Assembly: GCA_965208125.1 (NCBI GenBank)
Contig: OZ242320.1
Location: 160,001-224,000 of the forward strand
Direction: 5' to 3'
Origin: Candidatus Latescibacterota bacterium
GTDB taxonomy: Bacteria; Latescibacterota; UBA2968
Length of the DNA: 64,000 nucleotides
The first letter of the stretch is position 1. Each line of letters begins with the position of its first letter. This document shows, piece after piece, positions 22,374 through 32,643 of the stretch. The position numbers were made by a program, and so were the translations under genes. The notes under the pieces were generated by a model. It did not search any database. It was not told the origin of the DNA and saw nothing but the letters and a program-made list of their open reading frames with translations.

Positions 22374-23447
22374 CTATTTTGTCTTCTTTATCCTTCTAAC
22401 CTTCCTGACCTTTCTAATGATCCCACCTTGCTCATCACAATCTAATAGAGACTCCAATCGCCCCGCAACGCGCTCTCCCATCTCGATCATCCCGTGATCC
22501 CCTGGATGAATCAGATCCACCGTCAACCCACCGATATTGCTCAACATTTCTGTTCCCTCAATCAAATGTGCATTTTCATGGGGACAACCATCCACCGCAT
22601 CTCGCAATGCTTGCCTGAAAGCCGCCGTCCTTTCGCGCTCTTCGGCATCGCCACAAAATTCTCTAAAATGCGGATAAATCGTAATACACCCCACGGGCCG
22701 GTCGGGATTTACACCTGCAACTGCATTTACCATATACGTCACGCGCTCGGAAAATTCCGACAGAGAAAATCCCGCACCCATCATATTGACCGACAAAGCC
22801 AGCGTCGCCACATCCCAATCGTCGCGCGCGGCAATATAATCTGCCAATTCGCGCTCGCAATAAGCCGATCCCCCCACGCCCAAATTGATCAAATCCGCTC
22901 CCAAACGCCACGCCACCTGACTCACATAGGTCAAATGCATAGCCGTAGCCGACGCCCCGTGTGTAATCGACGTGCCATAACTCAAATACCGCCGCTTTGG
23001 CAATTCATCAACCTTGGGAGGGCGAAGTCCTTCGCCCTCAATACTGTGATAGTGCAAACTGGTATTTCTCAGGACTAACCGCCACACATTGTGCGAAAAA
23101 GGCAAATCCCGCACCGCCTCAGATTCAATCGTCTTCAATCTCGCGGGATAAGTCAATTCCAGCGTCCTTGGCTCTTTCCCAATTTGAAAACGCTCTTTCT
23201 CTTGAAAAGGGCCAAAAAACGGAATCACTTCAGCCGATCCGCCCGGGCTGGACAGCGTCACATTGACCTTATTGCCCGCGCTCACAAAGCGGATCTCCGA
23301 CCCCGCCGGACTCAGCATGCGTTCCTGGGCACCCGCATTCAAACACAACCGCACATCTTCGGGCACGCGCTGCACCCGAAGGCCATCTCTCCCCTCAACT
23401 TCTCGCAATTCAGCTACATTGTGAAATTCGACATTGTCGTGAATCAT
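22374..23447 (-). CDS. SGNH/GDSL hydrolase family protein
   Basis: YGTSITHG, INLGVGG, SVN, DLIHP. Confidence 0.85.
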   Translation of the reverse strand: MIHDNVEFHNVAELREVEGRDGLRVQRVPEDVRLCLNAGAQERMLSPAGSEIRFVSAGNKVNVTLSSPGGSAEVIPFFGPFQEKERFQIGKEPRTLELTYPARLKTIESEAVRDLPFSHNVWRLVLRNTSLHYHSIEGEGLRPPKVDELPKRRYLSYGTSITHGASATAMHLTYVSQVAWRLGADLINLGVGGSAYCERELADYIAARDDWDVATLALSVNMMGAGFSLSEFSERVTYMVNAVAGVNPDRPVGCITIYPHFREFCGDAEERERTAAFRQALRDAVDGCPHENAHLIEGTEMLSNIGGLTVDLIHPGDHGMIEMGERVAGRLESLLDCDEQGGIIRKVRKVRRIKKTK

Positions 23448-23461
23448 AAAAAACCTCCTGT

Positions 23462-24985
23462 TTACGCAGCCTGAGGAACCAGAACAGCTCCATCGGCTGT
23501 TGTAGCCCGGAAAGCAAACGCCCAGCCGCCGTGATTGGAGCCCCGGTCGTTACTGAGCTTGAGCACGATGGAATTGGCACCTGCCCGAAGCGTCACCGGA
23601 ATGTTCTGGGCTCGAAAGGCGTAGTGGTGACCCAAATCGAAAACCTCATCATTTACGCGCAGAATCAAAGCGTCATCCCAGGCCACACGCAGATTTGCCG
23701 TCATATCTGCAGGTGCATGTAAGACGCAGCGGGCAAGCGCTGCGCCCACATTGGTATTGCCCACACCCGGACCCCAAGGCCGAAACACATGGTTAAAATC
23801 GACAAAGCCGTGGTGAGCGGCGCGTCTGACCCAACGCGCTACGTCCCGTCCCCGTTGTCGTGAGCCAGCGGTTAACCAGGCCGACTCTTCACCGTGCAAA
23901 CCATCAAACGTCGCTTCTATCTGAAAGGCCGTCTCCGGGGGCAAGGTCGTTTCCATCGCTTGACCATTGTGATTGGCGAAAGGGCCGCATAGCCACCATT
24001 CGCCGCTGGCTGGCAGCGGCAGATCATGGGTCCCGCGCGGCAGCTCGACACCTGGCAACAGTTGCGACCAATCGGGCACGGCGAAGAACGGTCGCACGGC
24101 GTCCTGCTGGTACCAATAGACGGTAGAGCAGATATCGTTCGCCATACAGCCGAAGCGCATGTGAATCGATTGCTGGAAGGGGAGTGAGTCCTTTTCGAAG
24201 AAGCGGTAGCCCACCAACCGTTGCGCTGGCCGCGCCTGTCCCACATCCTCATGCACATAGTAAGGCATTGCGGCGTAGTGATGGGTTTCGGGTGGATGCA
24301 AGGCTCCCCCGTAGCCAGCCCCAAAGGTATCCTCACCCCCAATACCGCGCAAAAAGGCCGGGTGTTCGCCCTCTCCATCGATGTAGATATTTTCAGCCCC
24401 GCCGTGGCTCCAGCGATCGACATCATCGAGCAAACGCACGCCGTACACAAAGCCCAACAACTCTCCCGGCCCGTCGGCATCCAGCATCAGGAAATCTTCA
24501 CCGTAGCGCTGGGTCGGCATCTCTCGCCGCCAGCGGGCGCAGAAACGTCGCCTCTCATTCAGCGTCTGATTGGGGTAGCGGTGCCAATCCACCTGCAGGT
24601 AGGCGCGGTTCTCTTCAGGTCCGGCTTCAAACTCAACCCGTGCGGATCGGGCGAAGGGCATCTGGAAGTAGCAGTTATAGCCAATCCAGGCCTTGACCGA
24701 TAGGAAGTGGGTGTCTATCGGATACCAGCCCTGACCATGCATAACGCCAAAAAAGTCACCGACAGGCGCCTCAACATAGGGGATTGGCTCATCATCAAAA
24801 TAGATGCGAATAAGCACTTTGCGGCTGGTCATGGGTATGCGCTCTGGCCGCGACAGTACGACCCAAAGGTGCTGAATACAGCCTGGCCCATCGAGTTCGG
24901 CATAGACGGCTTTTTGGTTGGCCGGCAAAGGTCCGTTCATACTGACGCGATCGGGGATACCAACTTCAGGGAGTTGTAAATCCAT
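23462..24985 (-). CDS. DUF2961 (GH172-like) protein with C-terminal beta-sandwich domain
   Basis: LDGPGCIQHLW, IRIYFDDE..P.VEAPVGDFFG, NCYFQMPF, GGEDTFG, STVYWYQ. Confidence 0.8.
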   Translation of the reverse strand: MDLQLPEVGIPDRVSMNGPLPANQKAVYAELDGPGCIQHLWVVLSRPERIPMTSRKVLIRIYFDDEPIPYVEAPVGDFFGVMHGQGWYPIDTHFLSVKAWIGYNCYFQMPFARSARVEFEAGPEENRAYLQVDWHRYPNQTLNERRRFCARWRREMPTQRYGEDFLMLDADGPGELLGFVYGVRLLDDVDRWSHGGAENIYIDGEGEHPAFLRGIGGEDTFGAGYGGALHPPETHHYAAMPYYVHEDVGQARPAQRLVGYRFFEKDSLPFQQSIHMRFGCMANDICSTVYWYQQDAVRPFFAVPDWSQLLPGVELPRGTHDLPLPASGEWWLCGPFANHNGQAMETTLPPETAFQIEATFDGLHGEESAWLTAGSRQRGRDVARWVRRAAHHGFVDFNHVFRPWGPGVGNTNVGAALARCVLHAPADMTANLRVAWDDALILRVNDEVFDLGHHYAFRAQNIPVTLRAGANSIVLKLSNDRGSNHGGWAFAFRATTADGAVLVPQAA

Positions 24986-25023
24986 AGCAGGCTCCATACT
25001 TGTTTATGCCCTTGCACTTTGCG

Positions 25024-26979
25024 TTAATACACCCATGCCTCACCCGAAGATAGATCTCGTCCAAGCGTCCATGTTTTCTCAAAAGCCTCAACAGTCAATT
25101 CAACGCGGTCATCCCCAGCGCGAAATACATCGGACAATTCTGCTGCAACGCCGGGAACATCTGTTCCGCGATAGGGCACAACCACAGTCAAAAACGCCGT
25201 GGGTGCCTGCTCATTCAGCGCAAAACGAAATGCTTTGCGCGGCAGGCGAGAACCATAAGTCCAGGCAAACCATCCCTCTTCTTCTGCCATAGATGCCCTG
25301 CAATTTGTCGCCGCCTGAACCAGCACATTAGCATCGTCAAATCGCGTAAAAGCGCGTCTTTCCCCCTCGTCAAACACCACATCGCCCGGCGCAAATTGGA
25401 AATGCAAATCAAGTTGCCCAGGAACATTGCCAATCGCCTCGTCCAAAAACGCGAAAAACTGTCGCTTGACAAACCACACCGAACGGCGGTGCACCAACCC
25501 GGGATACGCCCCATTCTCCACCACCAGAACATCGCTATCAGCCCCTTCTGACACCCACAACAAATGCCGCCCATCATCGGACGTATCACCGCCATCCAAC
25601 GTCAGAGTCTGATGCACTGTCGTCTGCCGGTGCCACGCGCGGCCTTCTGCATCGTGACCATAAGTGTAAAAACCCGTATCGTTCATCAACCAGCGCCCAT
25701 AAGCGTACAATTCAAACGTACCATTATCCGGTTGATCGTGGCTCGAAATAGCGGGCGGAGAACAATGCAGCGCCATGTGAATCTGATCGGGTCCCCAATC
25801 ATCGCGCATCACATACAAACCAGCCTCTTGAAATGCACGGCTCTTTTGCTCGGGCAAAAATTCGCGATCCAGAGTCGCACGCGCAACGTATTTGGGATCA
25901 CCTATCAATTCTGTAGCCTCGACAAGTGCATCGTACAGTCCCCACTTTGAGCGATCATCCGTCTCTTTTAACGCACGCGACCCATCCCCAAACATCGGCG
26001 CACCCAAATCGGGCGACGCAATCCAAAAAATATAGTCGTGCATCAACCGCACGCGCTCGCGAAACGCCTCTGAAATCTCAATATCGAAGGTATCCATGCG
26101 TCCAAAAATCTCCACAGCATCCCGCAACACCCCCGTATGATACCCAAAAGACCACTCTCGCTGAACGCCATCTGTTGTTGTCTGCGCCAAAAAATTCTCT
26201 TCAACCCGTTCCAGTGCCAATTCCATCCATTCACGCGATTCCGCAAACTCGCAGAACGTATAGGCAATATTGATAAATCCCCGTTGTTCAAACACCGCCT
26301 TATTGTGAATCAGCCCCATCGGAATCAGCTTTGTCTTAACCTGATGATCGTACAAACTTGCCAGCAACAGACCGAGAAACTCGGGCGTAAATGCCTCGGC
26401 ATGAATCAAACTGCGAAATGCCGAACAGATATTCGTCGCCCGAATACCCGTCTGAATATCCAGCCAGACAAACCCCTTCCAGTACGTATAAACGGAATGG
26501 GTTTTGGTGTGATTTTCCAGCGGATGTTTTGAAATCCAATCGGTCGTCATCTCCACAAATGTCTGGGCGTATTTCTCATCGCGCGTTGCAGCATAAGCCC
26601 GTGCGAGCGGTGCAGCCCAATAAAAACGGTACACGGCCGCAACCCATTCAATATCGCCGCGGGGATCCCATTCCCAGTCAAAATCATCGCTATAACGCGC
26701 CTCTTCATAAGGTCCCCACTGAATAATGCGCTGACAAATTTTGTCGGCAGTTGTAAAATCCCCTTCCCCAGACGCCTCACCCAGTGGATATTTCTCCCGA
26801 TAATAATCGCGCAATGCTGTAAGTGCGCCACTGCGACCCCCAGCATCCGCAGCCCGCTTTGCCGCCTCTAAACCCGTCAGATCTAATTTTTCCAAAATTC
26901 GTCCAGGATCAAACGACTCCAAAGGCATCTCGTGATCAATTTGATCCGCCCCTTTGGGGTACTCCACTACTGAACTCAT
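25024..26979 (-). CDS. Heparinase II/III-family polysaccharide lyase
   Basis: DGVQREWSFGYH, HDQPDNGTFEL, DTGFYTY, C-terminal HRRSV. Confidence 0.85.
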   Translation of the reverse strand: MSSVVEYPKGADQIDHEMPLESFDPGRILEKLDLTGLEAAKRAADAGGRSGALTALRDYYREKYPLGEASGEGDFTTADKICQRIIQWGPYEEARYSDDFDWEWDPRGDIEWVAAVYRFYWAAPLARAYAATRDEKYAQTFVEMTTDWISKHPLENHTKTHSVYTYWKGFVWLDIQTGIRATNICSAFRSLIHAEAFTPEFLGLLLASLYDHQVKTKLIPMGLIHNKAVFEQRGFINIAYTFCEFAESREWMELALERVEENFLAQTTTDGVQREWSFGYHTGVLRDAVEIFGRMDTFDIEISEAFRERVRLMHDYIFWIASPDLGAPMFGDGSRALKETDDRSKWGLYDALVEATELIGDPKYVARATLDREFLPEQKSRAFQEAGLYVMRDDWGPDQIHMALHCSPPAISSHDQPDNGTFELYAYGRWLMNDTGFYTYGHDAEGRAWHRQTTVHQTLTLDGGDTSDDGRHLLWVSEGADSDVLVVENGAYPGLVHRRSVWFVKRQFFAFLDEAIGNVPGQLDLHFQFAPGDVVFDEGERRAFTRFDDANVLVQAATNCRASMAEEEGWFAWTYGSRLPRKAFRFALNEQAPTAFLTVVVPYRGTDVPGVAAELSDVFRAGDDRVELTVEAFEKTWTLGRDLSSGEAWVY

Positions 26980-27011
26980 AGCCATGCCCTCCAATTATTG
27001 AACTCGCCATC

Positions 27012-29144
27012 TTATTTTTCGCTTCTAAACATCAACTTTATCACCACACTCTGAAGAGGTTCCAATCTCATCGACACACCTTCATCCGTCAACGCGATGC
27101 GACCAGAATCCGATTCATCAAAAAATTGGTATGTATCGTACGCGGGAACCCGGTCTATACGCAATAGCAAAACATCTGGCAAGAGATGAATTGGACAGAC
27201 AACTTCCCTGGCAAAACGCGCATCCAGATTGTGCGCCACGAGCAATCCCGAATGCCGGGTATAGCGCGTATAGGCAAAAACTCGGTCTTCAGAATCAATA
27301 TTGCGATGAAAATAAACATGCCCGGTTTGCAACTCAGACCGCTGGCTCACAAACTTGTGCAAAGCCTCATAAGCGGCAACAAGCTGTGAATGTGGTTCTC
27401 GCTCTACCCACTCGGGATGCAACACTGTGGATGCTTCAAAATCAGTACGCGCCTCCTCACCCCATTCTGAACCCCACTCTAAAGCATACGCCAAATTCAC
27501 ATAATGCGCCGTACCCGCCGTCGCATTGATCAGCGAACACTGGATATTGCGCAGCAGTGCCAACGGCCGGGATTGATAGCGATCTCGCCAGATTTTCGTT
27601 GCACGCAGGCTATCGTGATTCTCAAAATAAGCCATCGCCACAGTGCGAGGGGCAAATGTGCCAGACGTGCGCTCTAAAAAATCGGCATACTGATTTCCGT
27701 ATTCCGCATCCCGATGAAAATCCACCAGCAATGCGTAAATCATATCCACCGGAATATCCACTGCCTCACTTAACTCGCACAGAGTTTCGCCCAAAACGAG
27801 CGCATCGGGTTTAACCGCATTGATGCGGTTTTTAATCTGCTTCAAAAATGGCCGATCCACAGTCTGGCTCGCGTCAATACGCACCCCATCCAGATCACAG
27901 GTACGCATCCAAAAAGGCGCGATTCCCGACAGATAATTTTGCAAGGGCCTGTTAAAAGGCAAGTCGAGCAGCGCCACATCCGAATAAACCAGCCATGCAA
28001 TCTGATGAACTTTGGGGTGCCCATGCTCATCCATCACATACCAGTCGGGATATTGTTCAATCAACGGACAATCGCGGCTGGTCTGCATCAACACCAGATC
28101 GAAAATCACCTGCTTGCCCAGCGCGTGTGCCCGCCGCGCTATCGCGCGCAATTCCGCACGCCCAATCAACTGCATCAGCGTATCGCGCCCGACCCAATCA
28201 ATCAGTTCTTTGAATGTGCGAAAATTGTTAAAATCATCGACCTTACGCAACCTCGACAACTGCCGCTCGTGCAATAACGTCTGCAAATCCAAATCGACAA
28301 TCAGCCCATCCGACACCAGCGAAAGAAAATCCACCTCTTCTGGCAGCGTGACCAGAGCTGGATCGATCCGATAAAAATCCCGCACGGCATAAACACTGCC
28401 CAACGCGCCTTTTCGCACATCCTGTCCCGTGTGCAAATCTCCAAAACCAGGTTCAAAAAAAGGGAGCAAATACACCACATCTGTCTGCATCTCCTCAATC
28501 CGCGACGTCACATCGCAAAATGTTCCACTCACAAATTGACCATCTGCATCCAGACGCGCGCCAACTTTTCGAACACAGACTTCGGTAATTGAAAAACAAC
28601 GGCGTACCTGTTCGGGACTAATTGTGATTACCCCATCTCGATTCAGCGCAATATCATTAACCGAAATCCACGCCTTTGAAGCATCAGATACCGCCTTATC
28701 ATCAGCCGAAAACTCGACCGTATAGTGAAAAACACCCGTCTGATCGATCTGAATCACATCCGATTCAAATACCAGATTATTCCCCGAAAGAACGGGCTGA
28801 CCTCCCCCATCTACAATCATACGCATAGAAACATAAAAACCTGCCCCCGTGCGAAACTCACCCCGCTCATCTACAAAGCCGCGATCATTCACATCGGTCC
28901 ACAAACGCGCTTCCACATCGCCTGTGTGGCAGGTAGCCAAATCGATATCCGCAACAAATAGCTCAGTTCGAACACGCGCTTCTACTGCACTATCAGGCAC
29001 CAAAAATGCCCGAGCCATCACTGAATCATATCGAATACCATCCAGCTCAATAGTCAGATTACCGGCCCAGACATCCGCATTGTCATACGCCTGCACAGCA
29101 TATCGCTCGTGCAATTTGTATTTAAACTCCAAACGCTTATCCAC
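27012..29144 (-). CDS. Alpha-amylase family (GH13-like) protein
   Basis: GSVYAVRDF, VIFDLV, DGVRIDAS, LGET, ENHD catalytic motifs; GTG after GGAGG. Confidence 0.82.
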   Translation of the reverse strand: MDKRLEFKYKLHERYAVQAYDNADVWAGNLTIELDGIRYDSVMARAFLVPDSAVEARVRTELFVADIDLATCHTGDVEARLWTDVNDRGFVDERGEFRTGAGFYVSMRMIVDGGGQPVLSGNNLVFESDVIQIDQTGVFHYTVEFSADDKAVSDASKAWISVNDIALNRDGVITISPEQVRRCFSITEVCVRKVGARLDADGQFVSGTFCDVTSRIEEMQTDVVYLLPFFEPGFGDLHTGQDVRKGALGSVYAVRDFYRIDPALVTLPEEVDFLSLVSDGLIVDLDLQTLLHERQLSRLRKVDDFNNFRTFKELIDWVGRDTLMQLIGRAELRAIARRAHALGKQVIFDLVLMQTSRDCPLIEQYPDWYVMDEHGHPKVHQIAWLVYSDVALLDLPFNRPLQNYLSGIAPFWMRTCDLDGVRIDASQTVDRPFLKQIKNRINAVKPDALVLGETLCELSEAVDIPVDMIYALLVDFHRDAEYGNQYADFLERTSGTFAPRTVAMAYFENHDSLRATKIWRDRYQSRPLALLRNIQCSLINATAGTAHYVNLAYALEWGSEWGEEARTDFEASTVLHPEWVEREPHSQLVAAYEALHKFVSQRSELQTGHVYFHRNIDSEDRVFAYTRYTRHSGLLVAHNLDARFAREVVCPIHLLPDVLLLRIDRVPAYDTYQFFDESDSGRIALTDEGVSMRLEPLQSVVIKLMFRSEK

Positions 29145-29221
29145 ATGGCCTCCGTGTAAAACAACTGCGTTCTCGCATCCCGGACAATATACGAAAGTCA
29201 GAGAGGTAAATCTCAATAAAC

Positions 29222-29312
29222 TGAGGGCTGGGGACTGGGGATTAGGGCTGACTGCTGATAGCTGATAGCTTGGCGGCAGGGCTGGGGGGTTCTCACTTCT
29301 CACTTCTCTCTT
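29222..29312. repeat. Mixed heptamer tandem repeats
   Basis: CTGGGGA-like, GCTGATA-like and TTCTCAC-like runs in divergent intergenic region. Confidence 0.6.
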
Positions 29313-29418
29313 CTTTTGTAATACGCATTTAACAGATAAGAAACGGTAAAGAAATATACGCCTAATATATTCAACCGTCAGTTTACGCCACCCCAACTAC
29401 CTCAGGGAGGAATTCAGT

Positions 29419-29757
29419 ATGAAACTCATCACAGCAGTCATCCAGCCCCACAAGCTGGACGATGTGCGCGCAGCACTCGGCGACATCGGCATCCAGGGCA
29501 TGACCGTCACTGAAGCACGCGGTTTTGGACGCCAAAAAGGGCACCGAGAAGTCTATCGCGGTGCCGAATACGTCGTCGATTTTCTGCCCAAAGTCAAGCT
29601 GGAGATCGCCATCAATGAAGACGTAGTTGACCGCGCCATTGATGCGATAGAGAATGCTGCCAAAACGGGCAACGTAGGTGATGGAAAGATATTCGTTGCG
29701 GATTTGGGACAAGCTGTTCGCATTCGAACAGGCGAAACCGGGCCCGATGCGCTGTAA
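29419..29757 (+). CDS. glnK: P-II nitrogen regulator, copy 1
   Basis: GFGRQKG, YRGAEY, GDGKIFV, RIRTGE; linked to amtB. Confidence 0.96.
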   Translation: MKLITAVIQPHKLDDVRAALGDIGIQGMTVTEARGFGRQKGHREVYRGAEYVVDFLPKVKLEIAINEDVVDRAIDAIENAAKTGNVGDGKIFVADLGQAVRIRTGETGPDAL

Positions 29758-29782
29758 CACAATCATATATCAGGAGAATACA

Positions 29783-31111
29783 ATGATTAAACGCCATAAC
29801 ATCTTTACCCTGCTCATCGGCCTGGCATTGTTGCTGGTCTTACCCAACATCGCGCTTGCCGACGGACACGAACCCAACTCAGGCGACACAGCCTGGATGC
29901 TTACCTCAACCGCCCTGGTGCTATTTATGACCATTCCCGGCCTCGCCCTTTTTTACGGCGGCCTCGTACGCACCAAAAATGTCTTGTCTGTTCTCATGCA
30001 GTGTTTCGCCCTCACCGCCATCATGACCCTGGTCTGGGTCATCATCGGCTATAGTCTCGCCTTTAACACCGATGGCATGGAAGCCGGCGTGACCAACATA
30101 AATTCCTTTGTCGGTGGTTTAGGCACCATGTTCTTATCCGGTGTGACCGCCAGCAGCCTGTCTGGCACCATTCCCGAAACAGTTTTCATCACCTTCCAGA
30201 TGACCTTTGCCATTATCACCCCGGCCCTCATCGTCGGTGCTTTTGCCGAACGCATGAAATTCTCGGCCATGATTGTGTTCTCGATCCTCTGGTCCATCGT
30301 CGTTTACGCACCAATATGCCACATGGCCTGGAGTGGTGACGGTTCTTTCTTTGGCGATATGGGCGTGCTCGACTTTGCAGGCGGCACGGTTGTACACATC
30401 AACGCGGGTATCGCAGCACTTGTCGCGTGTATTGTCATCGGCAAACGTCAGGGCTATCCCGATACACTTATGGCTCCTCACAGCCTTACAATCACCGTTA
30501 TAGGCGCATCCATGCTGTGGGTCGGCTGGTTCGGCTTTAATGCCGGAAGTGCCGTCGCTGCCGATGGAGCCGCAGGCATGGCCATGCTCGTCACACAGGT
30601 CGCCACCGCATCGGCAACACTGGGCTGGATAGCCGCCGAATGGATCAAACTCGGCAAACCCAGTATTCTGGGTGCAGTCACAGGTGCTGTTGCTGGTCTC
30701 GTCGCCATCACCCCTGCTTCGGGTAGCGTAGGACCGATGGGCGCGATAGTCGTTGGCCTGGCCTCTGGCGTCCTCTGCTTCTGGGCCGCCACCAGCCTCA
30801 AACGCGCATTGGGTTATGACGACTCCCTCGATGCTTTCGGTGTTCACGGCATAGGCGGTATTGTAGGTGCGCTCCTTACGGGTATCTTTGCCGCTGAAGG
30901 TCTCGGTGGCCAGGGACTCAGTGCCGATTCTATCGGCGGACAATTCGTCGTACAGCTCATCGGCGTCGTCTTCACCATTGTCTATTGCGGTGTCTTATCC
31001 TTCATCTTGCTCAAAATCGTCGATGCTATTATTGGCCTGCGCGTCTCACAAGACGAAGAAACCGAAGGACTCGATATCTCACTCCACGACGAACGAGGCT
31101 ACAATTATTAA
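29783..31111 (+). CDS. amtB: Ammonium transporter, copy 1
   Basis: DFAGGTVVHINAG, WFGFNAGS, DDSLDAFGVHG. Confidence 0.97.
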   Translation: MIKRHNIFTLLIGLALLLVLPNIALADGHEPNSGDTAWMLTSTALVLFMTIPGLALFYGGLVRTKNVLSVLMQCFALTAIMTLVWVIIGYSLAFNTDGMEAGVTNINSFVGGLGTMFLSGVTASSLSGTIPETVFITFQMTFAIITPALIVGAFAERMKFSAMIVFSILWSIVVYAPICHMAWSGDGSFFGDMGVLDFAGGTVVHINAGIAALVACIVIGKRQGYPDTLMAPHSLTITVIGASMLWVGWFGFNAGSAVAADGAAGMAMLVTQVATASATLGWIAAEWIKLGKPSILGAVTGAVAGLVAITPASGSVGPMGAIVVGLASGVLCFWAATSLKRALGYDDSLDAFGVHGIGGIVGALLTGIFAAEGLGGQGLSADSIGGQFVVQLIGVVFTIVYCGVLSFILLKIVDAIIGLRVSQDEETEGLDISLHDERGYNY

Positions 31112-31127
31112 AACTGTCAGCCAAACC

Positions 31128-31160
31128 AAAAGAGCGGGCACTATGTGTCCGCTCTTTTTT
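31128..31160 (+). terminator. Intrinsic terminator after amtB1
   Basis: AGAGCGGGCAC/GTGTCCGCTCT stem + T-run. Confidence 0.8.
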
Positions 31161-31280
31161 GTTTATAAACCCAGACAAAAAAGATTTTAAGGACAATCTT
31201 TGTTCTTGACAACAATTGCTAATGCCATATTCTATAGGCGCAATTTCTACAGGCACAATATCGTCTAATAGGAGAAAAAA

Positions 31281-32093
31281 ATGTATAAGGGTTTAATACT
31301 TGTCGCACTCATTGGACTCTTTTTCGCAGGTCAAGTCTCTGCTACTTCTCATACAGATCCTGACTTTAACGACGATGGAATCGTCAATGAATTGGACTTA
31401 AGGCTCCTTATTTCCAATTGGGGAACGCGAGCAGGTGGACCAAATTGGGATGCGAAGATCGATCTGAATAGTGATGGAATCGTCGATGAATTGGACTTAA
31501 GGCTCCTTATTTCCAATTGGGGCAAGACATTTCCAGTGCCACTGAGCGAGCGCGAGGTATTGGTGGCACTATACAATGCGACGGATGGTGCCAATTGGAC
31601 AAATAACACCAATTGGCTCACGAACAACGACATTTCCACCTGGCATGGCGTCAGCGTTTCTAACGGTTCGGTTACAGGCCTGGTGCTTGCAGGTAATCAG
31701 TTAAGCGGTATGATCCCCACAGAATTGGGTAGCTTGACCAACCTTGAGGAACTGAATCTTAGCTTCAATCCGTTGAGTGGCGAAATTCCAGCAGCACTGG
31801 GCAACCTGTCCAACCTTAAGCAGTTGTGGCTTGTAGGTCATCCTTTAGGTAATCCTGTTAATCAGTTAAGCGGTGCGCTTCCATCAGAATTGGGCAATCT
31901 GGCCAATCTTGAAGTCCTGATTCTTAACAATAATCAGTTAAGCGGTGCGCTTCCTCAGAGCCTGACCAGACTGACAAAGCTAATGAATTTTTCCTTTGGG
32001 GACAACGCGGGCCTATGTGCGCCACTCGATGCGGCATTTCAGGCGTGGCTAAAGGGCATTGCAGACACCGATGGCCCGCATTGCTCGAATTAG
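31281..32093 (+). CDS. Secreted dockerin/EF-hand-like + leucine-rich-repeat protein
   Basis: Signal peptide; two DxNxDGIVxELDLRLLISNWG units; plant-type LRRs NQLSGxIPxELGxLxNL. Confidence 0.88.
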   Translation: MYKGLILVALIGLFFAGQVSATSHTDPDFNDDGIVNELDLRLLISNWGTRAGGPNWDAKIDLNSDGIVDELDLRLLISNWGKTFPVPLSEREVLVALYNATDGANWTNNTNWLTNNDISTWHGVSVSNGSVTGLVLAGNQLSGMIPTELGSLTNLEELNLSFNPLSGEIPAALGNLSNLKQLWLVGHPLGNPVNQLSGALPSELGNLANLEVLILNNNQLSGALPQSLTRLTKLMNFSFGDNAGLCAPLDAAFQAWLKGIADTDGPHCSN

Positions 32094-32144
32094 GATTCGC
32101 TCGTACAGATTACAAAAGCCATCATTGGCAAACCCTTTCCCCAG

Positions 32145-32175
32145 GCGCACATCTCCACGATGTGCGCTTTTTTTT
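32145..32175 (+). terminator. Intrinsic terminator after LRR gene
   Basis: GCGCACATC/GATGTGCGC + T8. Confidence 0.8.
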
Positions 32176-32275
32176 CTTTGTATTTCAAAAATCGAGTTTT
32201 ATAATACACGACCTCGGAAATGGATCGAAAGGCGATCCCGACCAACCGGGTACAACTCATAAGGAGGAAATACGT

Positions 32276-32614
32276 ATGAAACTCATCACAGCAGTCATCC
32301 AGCCCCACAAGCTGGACGATGTGCGCGCAGCACTCGGCGACATCGGCATCCAGGGCATGACCGTTACCGAAGCACGCGGTTTTGGACGCCAAAGAGGACA
32401 CCGAGAAGTCTATCGCGGTGCCGAATACATCGTCGATTTTCTGCCCAAAGCCAAGCTGGAGATCGCCGTCAATGACGATGAAGTTGGCCGCGCCATTGAT
32501 GCGATAGAGCATGCGGCCAAAACCGGCAACGTAGGTGATGGGAAAATTTTTGTCACAGATCTGGGACAAGCTGTTCGCATTCGAACGGGCGAAACCGGAC
32601 CCGACGCACTTTAG
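32276..32614 (+). CDS. glnK: P-II nitrogen regulator, copy 2
   Basis: Near-identical to copy 1; AAGGAGG RBS. Confidence 0.96.
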   Translation: MKLITAVIQPHKLDDVRAALGDIGIQGMTVTEARGFGRQRGHREVYRGAEYIVDFLPKAKLEIAVNDDEVGRAIDAIEHAAKTGNVGDGKIFVTDLGQAVRIRTGETGPDAL

Positions 32615-32643
32615 AACCACAAAATTTTGGAGGAAACACAAAT

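Noticed and set aside
23462-24997. Second repeat-bounded insert around the DUF2961 gene
   Set aside because: Codon style looks somewhat different but the flanking similarity is only a weak ~10 bp
32176-32270. Glutamine or guanidine riboswitch, or sigma54 promoter, upstream of glnK2
   Set aside because: Only a short GGATCG/CGATCC hairpin; consensus motifs not matched by eye (Infernal would settle it)
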